From the NCBI GenBank assembly GCA_048938005.1, contig JBHLMQ010000009.1, forward strand, positions 41,271 through 105,270: a stretch of DNA of 64,000 nt. Reading direction: 5' to 3'. Below are positions 47,098-55,590 of the stretch, piece after piece (the stretch's first letter is position 1; every line of letters begins with the position of its first letter). This stretch comes from Promethearchaeota archaeon (GTDB taxonomy: Archaea > Asgardarchaeota > Lokiarchaeia > Sigyniarchaeales > SOKP01). The position numbers and the translations under genes were made by a program. The notes beneath the pieces are model-generated. The model was not told where the DNA came from. It did no database searches and was given only the letters and a program-made list of their open reading frames with translations.

Positions 47098-48159
47098 ATG
47101 GATCAAAAAATATTAAAAAAGGATCAAATTGGAAAATTATATAATGAATTTGTAGGAGATTATGATTTTTATGCTCCTATTAATAAAAAGGGAAATATAA
47201 TTTTTGAAAAGATTGAAAATCCGGAAGATATAGTTTTAGATTATTTAAACTCGAAGGTTCCACCAAAATCCGTTTTATTTCCTCAAGAGGAAGTGTTATT
47301 TGAATATTCCTTAGACGAAAAAGACGTTGAAATAACTGATAGACAAAATCTAGAACAAAAGATCTTGATTTTTGGAGTTCGACCATGTGATGCTTATAGT
47401 TTTGAATTAATGGCTAATTTCTTTTCATTTCACGGAAATTGGCAGGACGAGATCTATTTAAAGAAAAAGGAGAATACAACACTAGTTGGTATTGGATGTA
47501 ATACTCCAAGAACAACATGTTTTTGTACTTCTGTAGAGGGAAATCCTTTTAACAAAGAGAACATGGATATTTTTTTAACAGATTTGGGTGAAACATATTT
47601 GGTTGAGGCTATCAGTAATAATGGTAAAGAAATAGTTAAAAAATTATCATGGCTCTCTAATGCTTCTAAGGATGATTTAAAAAGGGCAGAAGAGTTAGCA
47701 AAAGCAGCAGAGGAGTCAATAACTACAAAGATCGATACTGAAACTATTGTAAAAAACTTAGAAACATGTTTTGAACATCCAGTATGGGATGAAATCAGTG
47801 AGGCTTGTATAGGATGTGGTTCTTGTGCCTACCTTTGTCCAACTTGCACGTGTTTCGATGTGATAGATGAGACAGATCAATATAATAATCGAGGAAGAAG
47901 AATAAGAATCTGGGATACCTGTCAGTCGTGTCTTTATACACTTGAAACGAGTGGACACAACCCTCGAGACACCAAGATCCAACGTTGTCGGAATAGAATT
48001 ATGCATAAGTTTAGTTATTATCCGACAAATTATGGGCTTTTGGGTTGTGTTGGATGTGGAAGGTGTATATCTGTGTGTCCAGCAAATAATGATCTTCGAA
48101 CAATATTGGATAAAATAGAAAAAATAGAAAAAGAGGAGGATGAGAAAGTAGTTGCCTAA
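47098..48159 (+). CDS. FlxB / AsrA / sulfhydrogenase-beta-like Fe-S protein
   Basis: PKSVLFP, GVRPCD, CFCTS, CIGCGSCAYLCPTCTCF, R.R.WD.C, CVGCGRC...CP. Confidence 0.82.
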   Translation: MDQKILKKDQIGKLYNEFVGDYDFYAPINKKGNIIFEKIENPEDIVLDYLNSKVPPKSVLFPQEEVLFEYSLDEKDVEITDRQNLEQKILIFGVRPCDAYSFELMANFFSFHGNWQDEIYLKKKENTTLVGIGCNTPRTTCFCTSVEGNPFNKENMDIFLTDLGETYLVEAISNNGKEIVKKLSWLSNASKDDLKRAEELAKAAEESITTKIDTETIVKNLETCFEHPVWDEISEACIGCGSCAYLCPTCTCFDVIDETDQYNNRGRRIRIWDTCQSCLYTLETSGHNPRDTKIQRCRNRIMHKFSYYPTNYGLLGCVGCGRCISVCPANNDLRTILDKIEKIEKEEDEKVVA

Positions 48160-48991
48160 TCCGTATATTCCTTATCTTACAAAAGTTAAATCGATAGTTT
48201 CAGAAAATAAGGTTAATGATATAAAAACTATCGAGTTAGAGTTTAAAAATGAAGGAGATTACAAGAAATTTGATTATATACCTGGTCAGTTTGCTGAAAT
48301 TAGTTTAATAGGAAAGGGAGAATGTCCTATTGGTATTGCTTCTTCTCCAACTGAGGAAGGCACAATTAAATTCACAATAAAGAAGATGGGAACTGTTACG
48401 TCAAGTTTTCATACCTGTGAAGTAGGAGATATCATTGGTGTGAGAGGTCCTTGTGGTAATGGTTGGCCAGTTGAGGAAATGAAGGGAAAGAACATAGTAG
48501 TCATTGGTGGAGGATTTGCCTTTTCTACATTACGTTCTCTTGTTATTTATTTGCTTGATGAGAAAAATAGAAAAAATTACGGCAATATTACAGTGATCTA
48601 TGGTAATCGTGATTCTGGAGAAGTGCTATACACAGATATTTTAGATGAATGGAAAAAACGGGACGATATCAATGTTGTATTGACAATCGATCGAGCTGAA
48701 GACGGGTGGACTGAAAACGTTGGATTTGTAGCGCCAATAGTGAAAGAAGTTGGTCCCTCCTCTGATAATGCAGTTGCGGTTGTATGCGGTCCACCAATAA
48801 TGATTAAAACCACAATCGCCGTTCTGGAAGAATTAAATTGGAAGGACGAGCAAATTTTGAATAGCTTAGAGATGCGCATGAAGTGTGGTATAGGTAAGTG
48901 CGGCCGATGTAATATCGGAAATAAGTTTGTTTGCACAGATGGACCTGTCTTTTCATTAGCAGAACTTAAAAAAATGCCAAATGAATATTAG
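48152..48991 (+). CDS. FlxA / AsrB / sulfhydrogenase-gamma-like FAD/NAD(P)-binding subunit
   Basis: PGQF, RGP.GNG, GGGFA, CGPP.M, E.RMKCGIGKCGRC...C.DGPVF. Confidence 0.88.
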   Translation: MPNPYIPYLTKVKSIVSENKVNDIKTIELEFKNEGDYKKFDYIPGQFAEISLIGKGECPIGIASSPTEEGTIKFTIKKMGTVTSSFHTCEVGDIIGVRGPCGNGWPVEEMKGKNIVVIGGGFAFSTLRSLVIYLLDEKNRKNYGNITVIYGNRDSGEVLYTDILDEWKKRDDINVVLTIDRAEDGWTENVGFVAPIVKEVGPSSDNAVAVVCGPPIMIKTTIAVLEELNWKDEQILNSLEMRMKCGIGKCGRCNIGNKFVCTDGPVFSLAELKKMPNEY

Positions 48992-49010
48992 TATTATTAA
49001 ACAAATTATC

Positions 49011-49030
49011 TTTTTTTTATTGTTATTTTA
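49011..49030 (+). terminator. Probable oligo-T terminator of the hdr-flx operon
   Basis: T8 run and T-rich tract ~20 nt after the last stop codon; archaeal-type terminator by position only. Confidence 0.45.
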
Positions 49031-49114
49031 TATCAGAATTTATAGACTTTTTGGTAATCCTGACTTCCATTAGATTAAAATATATTATGATACTTGATTT
49101 AACACTTCTATTTA

Positions 49115-49264
49115 TTAGAAATAATTTTCCCTATATTGTTTTATTGGATTATTCATTTTTTTGGTCTTTAATATTTCCAAATATCTTTTTTTTATAGGTG
49201 CTTGCCTGTATCGTCTGAAATATTCCCAATCTTCACGTTTCATTTCCAATTTTTCATTTTTCAT
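49115..49264 (-). CDS. Possible 49-aa basic small protein (not in the ORF track)
   Basis: Manual translation MKNEKLEMKREDWEYFRRYRQAPIKKRYLEILKTKKMNNPIKQYRENYF*; fills an otherwise empty gap; no recognisable family. Confidence 0.35.
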   Translation of the reverse strand: MKNEKLEMKREDWEYFRRYRQAPIKKRYLEILKTKKMNNPIKQYRENYF

Positions 49265-49412
49265 AATAATAAATCTTTTATATTTTCTACTTATTGAATG
49301 AAAAATGTGGATAGAATTATTTATTACTTAACGAGACCAATTTTTGTAAATACTATAGAGAAATAAGTTATAAGTAGTGAAAATATTTGAAATACAGACT
49401 TTATTAATATAA

Positions 49413-50387
49413 TTAGATTTCAAATATGTTACCAGTATTATAGATTGTATTATCTAAATCGAGTATTATCTGCCCACCCGATGCTATTTCTACAGCATAA
49501 TTTATCCCTTCTAAAACTCTATTCATCATGAATTCATAAGCGGTAAAACAATCTTCAAGCTGTGGCATATGATTCTCCGCATAACATTGAGAGATTGCAG
49601 GAATTAATTCCGGAATGAAATCTTGGCTAATCATCATCTCCTCTGCATCAATATCAGTTTCTTTTGCTAGTGTAAAAGGATTGTACACATCCATTTGTGC
49701 AAACATCACTCTACAAACAAATAGAGAAGCCTTGATTTCTTTCATTATAAATTTAATCCTATTTTTATCATCAAGAAATTTCTTAAAAGTGATAGCATTG
49801 ATGATATCTTCATTAGTTATCGTATCTGAAGTATCCATTAATTCACTTACTCTTTCTGACATCCTTTTTGAAGATAACATTAGTCTAAGATTCATCTCAT
49901 TTTTTTTATAATAATCCTCGTAAAAAGCAGAAAGAAATGTATGGCCACCAAGATTCATTCGGTCTTCAGAGAGGTCTAATTTATAATTCATTCGCTTAAA
50001 TTTATCCATAAAGTTTTTAATGATTAAAAATTTTAATTTTAATCGATGTAAAGCAAAAAATAAGCATAATCTTGTCTTAGTATATGCTTCTACATTTCCC
50101 ATTCTAAATCGATCGTGATGTTCCCTTGCATACATCACCACAGGCTTCAATTTACTAACTACAACTTCTATGAAATATTCAATGATATGTTCAAGGGGGC
50201 GGCACTCTAATACATGAAATTTCTCTATTAATTTTTGGCTTGTTGGTTGACTTTGGGGTAATTCCTTAATATCATCATAATTGTAATATTCAAGAAATAG
50301 GGAAGTCAACGCCTCCATTTCTAATACTGTTCGACAGGGAATAAAAACCTTATTTAAATCATATAATATTGTTCCGCTTTCTGGCAT
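49413..50387 (-). CDS. Hypothetical, predominantly helical protein divergent from actin
   Basis: 324 aa ORF, AAAGGA upstream of the ATG; no family recognised. Confidence 0.75.
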   Translation of the reverse strand: MPESGTILYDLNKVFIPCRTVLEMEALTSLFLEYYNYDDIKELPQSQPTSQKLIEKFHVLECRPLEHIIEYFIEVVVSKLKPVVMYAREHHDRFRMGNVEAYTKTRLCLFFALHRLKLKFLIIKNFMDKFKRMNYKLDLSEDRMNLGGHTFLSAFYEDYYKKNEMNLRLMLSSKRMSERVSELMDTSDTITNEDIINAITFKKFLDDKNRIKFIMKEIKASLFVCRVMFAQMDVYNPFTLAKETDIDAEEMMISQDFIPELIPAISQCYAENHMPQLEDCFTAYEFMMNRVLEGINYAVEIASGGQIILDLDNTIYNTGNIFEI

Positions 50388-50998
50388 AGTAAAATATCCT
50401 TTTAATTACAAATTTGAGTTAACTAATAATAACCCTCCATCGTTAACAAGTAATATTATAGATTTTCTATAAAATAAGTTTTATGATTGACTCAAAAAAT
50501 TTGAGATCTTTAACGTTAAAAAAAGGATTGAGGATTATATCCTTATATTTTAATGATTAGATTTATATTGTTGTCTATTTTTTTCAATAGTTTTTCTTAT
50601 CCCTAAGCTTTAAATATTAATGTCGGAAAATGCATATTTTTATAACAATCCTTTCAATTTCTAAAAATTTTAACTCAATTTGTTTTAAAATCATAATATG
50701 ATGGAAATATGGTTAGATTGTAATATACTAATTTATTAATCAAATACTATACTATATTTCGTGCTATATTTATAAATCCTTTAAAAAAAGGGTAGTTTTT
50801 GTTTCTGGTTTAAAAAAATTTATAAATACATAATTTATTAGATTATTAAATTTTGTATTTTACACATTAATTGTTCTTTAAAAAAACAATTTTTTGATAA
50901 AAATATAAAAATTAAAATTACCACAAGTAATATAAAATATACACCTAAAAATATAATTCAAAATATTTAAAATTAAAATTAAGAGCTGAATTAGAAAA

Positions 50999-52144
50999 AT
51001 GGCAGAGGAAGAAAGCTTTTTAAACGCAAAAGCCCTGGTTGTTGACAATGGTACCGGAATCTCCAAGAATGGTTTTGCTGGTGAGGATCAACCAAGGTCA
51101 GTTTTCCCTACACTAATTGGATACCCCAAGTATGAAAGCATCATGACAGATGTTGAGCACTATACTCGGGAATACTATATTGGTGAGGAAGCTATGCAAT
51201 TAAAAGGCGTTTTAAAGTTAATGTTCCCTGTTGAGCATGGTATCATTGAAGACTGGACTGCTATGGAGAAAATTTGGCACTATACTTTTTATACTGACTT
51301 GCGCATCGATCCAAGTGAACATCCAGTTCTTTTGACGGAAGCACCATTAAATCCACGTCCAAACCGTGAAAAAATGGCTGAAATTATGTTCGAGACATTC
51401 AATACACCTGCTCTTTATGTAGCAATGCAAGCAGTATTGAGTCTTTACGCTTCTGGTCGTACTACAGGGTGTGTTATAGATATTGGTGATGGAGTTTCCC
51501 ACGTTGTACCAATCTTCGAGGGTTTCGCTTTAAGCCATGCTATTCAGAGAATCGATCTTGCAGGCCGAGACATTACAACATATTTACAGAGACTTCTTCG
51601 ACAAAAGGGGTATTCTTTCACAACATCTGCAGAAAAAGAAATTGTTCGAGACATCAAGGAGAAATTATGCTATGTAGCAATCGATCCTGAAAAAGAAATG
51701 ATGCTTTCCAAGAAAGTTGCCGGGATGGAAAAAAGCTACATGCTTCCTGATGGTGAAACTATAAATGTTGGTGTCGAAAGATTCCTAGCTCCTGAATGTT
51801 TCTTTAATCCAAGTGTAATCGGTAAAGAATTAGAGCCGTTAGACGATGTAATTGTAAGCGCTATTTCAGAATGCGACGTTGATCTTCGAAGAGACTTGTA
51901 TAGTAATATTGTTCTTTCCGGTGGCTCCACAATGTTTCCTGGTATTAAGGAACGATTAACTAAAGAAATTAAGGAGCAAATTCCTGAAAGCGTTGATGTG
52001 AAGATTATCGCGCCACCAGAGCGTATGTATTCTGTATGGATTGGTGGTTCAATTTTAAGCTCTCTGAAAACGTTTCATAGAATGTGGGTTACTAGGAGAG
52101 AATATAAAGAGATGGGGCCACAAGTCATCCACCGATGCTTCTAA
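50999..52144 (+). CDS. Actin (Lokiactin-type)
   Basis: [44 protein letters not shown]...[27 protein letters not shown]-terminal HRCF. Confidence 0.97.
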   Translation: MAEEESFLNAKALVVDNGTGISKNGFAGEDQPRSVFPTLIGYPKYESIMTDVEHYTREYYIGEEAMQLKGVLKLMFPVEHGIIEDWTAMEKIWHYTFYTDLRIDPSEHPVLLTEAPLNPRPNREKMAEIMFETFNTPALYVAMQAVLSLYASGRTTGCVIDIGDGVSHVVPIFEGFALSHAIQRIDLAGRDITTYLQRLLRQKGYSFTTSAEKEIVRDIKEKLCYVAIDPEKEMMLSKKVAGMEKSYMLPDGETINVGVERFLAPECFFNPSVIGKELEPLDDVIVSAISECDVDLRRDLYSNIVLSGGSTMFPGIKERLTKEIKEQIPESVDVKIIAPPERMYSVWIGGSILSSLKTFHRMWVTRREYKEMGPQVIHRCF

Positions 52145-52191
52145 AGCGTCAATATATTTGCCAAAAATCAAATGGGAATTAACATTTTAAG

Positions 52192-52224
52192 TTTTTTATT
52201 TTTCTTTTTTTTATTGTATTTTTA
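52192..52224 (+). terminator. Probable oligo-T terminator after actin
   Basis: Several consecutive T-runs ~50 nt past the actin stop codon. Confidence 0.5.
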
Positions 52225-52301
52225 CTGATTAGATTTAAACTTATTCTATCATATGTGATAAATTAGAAAAGTGAGAATTTAAGAATCTTTTTTTAGAAAT
52301 A

Positions 52302-53744
52302 ATGGAATTACATCCGGATAATATTATAGAAAATTTGGATCAAATTGGGAGGAAGGAAGGGTTAGTTCTTTTAAGAGAATGGATTGATAGTTCCAGTGAA
52401 CAAATTTTACGTCAAAAAGCGTTAGAATATTATGGATCTATTGATACTGGTAAGAATTTTAAATTTTTTGAACATTTGTTTCTTTCTGATGAAAATCTCA
52501 ATTTAAGACTAATTGCAGGGCAAATATTAAAAGAAAAATATTGGGATAATAAGAAACTTATATCTTTGTTAGAGTATACATTAAGAAAAGTTGATAATAT
52601 AAAACAACGGCTTTTTGCAGTGAAAACATTCGCCTCAATAGATAATGTAAAAACACGAAAATTGATAGTAGAATATCTGAAGGAATTAATTAAAAAAGAG
52701 TTTAAAGATAAAGTCAAAGAATTCCCAAAAGAAATTTATACTTTTAATTATAATGAAACCATCCCTGGATTATTTCTTGATATCTGTATTAACTTACTTT
52801 TATATACACATTATACAAATAAATGTGGATATCATGTTACTGTGAGAAAAGGAAAAATTATATCTCTAAATTGTGAGAGTTCTAATTTAGGCAGATTTTC
52901 TGAAATTACGGAACTTAACAGTTTAAAAAATTTGGAACATCTTCAGTTGGAGCGAAATAAAATTAATAATATCGATGGGATTCAAATTTTAGAAAAATTA
53001 CGAACATTAGATTTATCTCATAATAAATTAGTTAAAATTGAAAATTTGGAAAGTTTAACAAATTTAGAAGAATTAAATTTAGCAAATAATGAGATTCGAA
53101 GAATAGATGGTTTGGATTCTTTAAAAAAACTAAAAAAGTTATCTTTGAACGATAATATACTTGAAGATATTGACAATCTCACTCATTTAACTAATTTGGA
53201 AGAATTAAATTTAAGTCATAATGCAATTTCAGATATTAAAAATTTGGATAATTTAAGTCAATTAATAAGGCTAAATCTTTCCTTTAATCAGATCGAGAAG
53301 ATCACCGGGATTAAAAGTCTAAAAAATCTTCAATGGTTATATATTAATGATAACAAAATTAACCAAATCGAAGAATTATCTACTCTTCATAAACTAAAAG
53401 GATTGTACCTTTCAAATAATCTAATAGTAAAAATTGAGGGGCTTGAAAACTTAATAAATTTAAGAAAATTAGAACTATCTAATAATAAAATTACAAGAAT
53501 AGGTGGTTTGAGAGCTCTAAATAATTTACAGGAGTTATATTTAGATAACAACAATATAAAGGAATTTGAAGGATTGGAGAATTTAACTGATCTAATTATG
53601 CTACATCTTGGTAGAAATGAAATAACAAAATTTAGAAATGAAAATATTGATTGTTTGAAAAATTTGAATTTTTTATTCTTAAATGAAAATCCGTTAGATC
53701 AAAAGAGTTGGGAACAATTCAAGAAAAGATTTAAGTATCCCTAA
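52302..53744 (+). CDS. HEAT-like N-terminal domain plus 12 SDS22-type leucine-rich repeats
   Basis: Twelve ~22-aa LxxLxLxxNxIxxI(E/D)xL repeats ending in NPL; helical N-terminus with LRQKAL/LRLIAG HEAT-like patterns. Confidence 0.88.
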   Translation: MELHPDNIIENLDQIGRKEGLVLLREWIDSSSEQILRQKALEYYGSIDTGKNFKFFEHLFLSDENLNLRLIAGQILKEKYWDNKKLISLLEYTLRKVDNIKQRLFAVKTFASIDNVKTRKLIVEYLKELIKKEFKDKVKEFPKEIYTFNYNETIPGLFLDICINLLLYTHYTNKCGYHVTVRKGKIISLNCESSNLGRFSEITELNSLKNLEHLQLERNKINNIDGIQILEKLRTLDLSHNKLVKIENLESLTNLEELNLANNEIRRIDGLDSLKKLKKLSLNDNILEDIDNLTHLTNLEELNLSHNAISDIKNLDNLSQLIRLNLSFNQIEKITGIKSLKNLQWLYINDNKINQIEELSTLHKLKGLYLSNNLIVKIEGLENLINLRKLELSNNKITRIGGLRALNNLQELYLDNNNIKEFEGLENLTDLIMLHLGRNEITKFRNENIDCLKNLNFLFLNENPLDQKSWEQFKKRFKYP

Positions 53745-53770
53745 CTGATTAAATTTTTCTTCAGTAAATC

Positions 53771-54343
53771 TCAAGAGGGTAAACTTTCATTGATATAATC
53801 TTCAATCCAGAGTTCCATTAGAACCTCATCATAGTATTTTGAATCCATATAGAATTGATTTTTCCTAATACCGACAACTTTAAATCCTATTTTTTTGTAT
53901 AGATATAATGCTCTCTCATTGGTAGAAAAACAACTCAAAATGATTTTTTCCTTAGCGTTTAAATTTTTAGATTCCCATATTGCCATATCAATTAATTGAT
54001 GTCCGATACCTAAATCTCGATACTTTTTCTTTACAATAATCCCTAAAATCCCAACATGCTTTGCTGCGTCCCAATCAGAATTTAAAACCTCACATTGTCC
54101 AATGATATTATAAGGAGATTTAAGTTCTGGATTTTCTGCTACGATACAAATTTCATTTTCTTTTATAATGTTGAGATACCAAGAATCTTTTTCTAACTGA
54201 GATCTAACAGGAAAAAATACAGGTAAGTAAATACCCTCGTCAATAACTTCATTGAAATTATACCAAACACCATCAATGTCTAATTTGGTTAAATGCCTTA
54301 TAATTATACTCTCTCCAGTTTTTAACTCTAAGACCTTTTTCAT
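53771..54343 (-). CDS. GNAT family N-acetyltransferase
   Basis: LGIIVKKKYRDLGIG (motif A), NERALYLYKKIGF (motif B). Confidence 0.9.
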   Translation of the reverse strand: MKKVLELKTGESIIIRHLTKLDIDGVWYNFNEVIDEGIYLPVFFPVRSQLEKDSWYLNIIKENEICIVAENPELKSPYNIIGQCEVLNSDWDAAKHVGILGIIVKKKYRDLGIGHQLIDMAIWESKNLNAKEKIILSCFSTNERALYLYKKIGFKVVGIRKNQFYMDSKYYDEVLMELWIEDYINESLPS

Positions 54344-54388
54344 TACTTAAATATAAATTTTTATAATTAAATTCCTTATGGTAATATT

Positions 54389-54847
54389 ATGGAAAATAAA
54401 AATAATCAATCGAGTAAAAAAGAGAACGAAGAAAAAGAGAAGGTAAGAGCTTATATAGAAAAAATAACTGAAAGTAAAAAGCAACCAGTAGCGAAGGATT
54501 TAGTTAAACTAAAACATGTGGAACCAAAAAAACAAGAAATAAGTCCAGAAACAAGAGACCTTGCACAAACTTTAAAGGAAAGCTATTTAGAGCATGATCA
54601 ATTCGAGAGGCTTTCAAACGATGAAATTACAATTCTTGAAACATTTATGGATAAAAGATTATTTTTAGAACGAATTGCTATAATCGCCAACCAGTCAAGG
54701 ATACCATTAGGGATTCCTGGTTTTAAAAGGGCAGAATTAGAAAAAATACTTGAGGATTTAATTTCAAAAGGTTATATTGAGTCTGAAATGGTTGGAGATA
54801 AAAGCGTATATTTTCTAACAGAACGTGGAAAATATCGAGTGCAATAA
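54389..54847 (+). CDS. Hypothetical protein with C-terminal winged-helix
   Basis: Charged N-terminus; LEKILEDLISKGYI...YFLTERG wing motif. Confidence 0.65.
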   Translation: MENKNNQSSKKENEEKEKVRAYIEKITESKKQPVAKDLVKLKHVEPKKQEISPETRDLAQTLKESYLEHDQFERLSNDEITILETFMDKRLFLERIAIIANQSRIPLGIPGFKRAELEKILEDLISKGYIESEMVGDKSVYFLTERGKYRVQ

Positions 54848-54856
54848 AAAATTCTT

Positions 54857-55159
54857 CTAATCCTTTTTTAAAATCAACTTATTAATAGGAATATCTTGAT
54901 ACTCTCCACTGGGATTTTCACGCCTGATTGTTAAAGGCAATATTTTTGATCTTAATTCTAATTGAGCAATCTTTATCGGGTCTATCATGTTTTTAGGCTT
55001 CTCTAAGAGGATAGGGGCGCCGAAGGAGATTTGTAAAGCCCTTGCTCCTACGATTCTAGCTTTTTCGTATCTTGTTAAAAAAATTGGACCGATTTTAACA
55101 TACTCTCTTACGTTTTTATACATCTTACGTAGTTCTCGAGATTCCAAAAAACTAGACAT
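54857..55159 (-). CDS. rpoK: DNA-directed RNA polymerase subunit Rpo6 (RpoK)
   Basis: LTRYEKARIVGARALQISFGAP, DPI.IA..EL....LP.TI.R; start placed at ATG 55159 rather than 55210. Confidence 0.93.
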   Translation of the reverse strand: MSSFLESRELRKMYKNVREYVKIGPIFLTRYEKARIVGARALQISFGAPILLEKPKNMIDPIKIAQLELRSKILPLTIRRENPSGEYQDIPINKLILKKD

Positions 55160-55285
55160 AATACGACCTAAAAAAAGAGTAATTTCAAAATTGAAAATGT
55201 AGGATTTCATATAACTTTTTTGTTTTTTATCATTTTAAGATAAAATTAGACAGTCTATATGAAAATACGATTGAATGTTTTTTAG

Positions 55286-55389
55286 TGCGCGGGAGGGGAA
55301 TTGAACCCCTGATTTACACGGTGTGAGCGTTTGGCGCTTTACATGTTAGTATCATAATAAATGTCGTCATACCACTAGACCACCCACGC
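55286..55389 (-). tRNA. tRNA-Val(CAC) with a 32-nt non-canonical intron (approx. 55331-55362)
   Basis: Acceptor GCGTGGG/CCCGCGC+A73, D-arm GTCT-AGTGGTA-TGAC, T-arm AGGGG-TTCAATT-CCCCT. Removing 32 nt gives a perfect ACACG/CGTGT anticodon stem with loop CT-CAC-AC. CCA is not encoded. Confidence 0.8.
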
Positions 55390-55590
55390 TTGATTTAATT
55401 TATGATAAATGAGCAACATGAATTAAAGTTTACTTTAATCTGAATTGAAATGTTTATTATTAATTTATTAGTAATTCGATTTAAGAATTTAAATATTTTT
55501 TAAAGATCTTATAAGGTCTGTTAGTTTAAATATTTCAATTAAATTCTATATTCAATACCTAAAATATTCTTATCTTTATTGGTGATTTAA

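Noticed and set aside
36267-48991. Evidence of methanogenesis (hdr plus fmdE)
   Set aside because: No mcr or mtr genes in the window; Hdr-Flx and FmdE-family proteins are widespread in non-methanogens.
50388-50998. Replication origin in the long AT-rich intergenic region
   Set aside because: No recognisable ORB repeats with G-strings and no adjacent orc1/cdc6 gene.
50878-51066. 62-aa antisense ORF over the actin start
   Set aside because: Low-complexity I/F/L sequence arising from the A-rich leader; no coding evidence.
53771-54343. GNAT as an actin N-terminal acetylase (NAA80 analogue)
   Set aside because: It looks like a generic prokaryotic GNAT, lies on the opposite strand two genes away, and nothing in the sequence links it to actin.
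55160-55210. Longer RpoK N-terminus
   Set aside because: The extension looks like AT-rich UTR; ATG 55159 gives a normal-sized Rpo6.
55320-55345. Alternative reading of the tRNA as Gly(GCC), from the GCG acceptor start and the internal GCCA
   Set aside because: There is no U33 before GCC and no single-intron solution, whereas Val(CAC) gives a perfect stem and a canonical loop with one intron.
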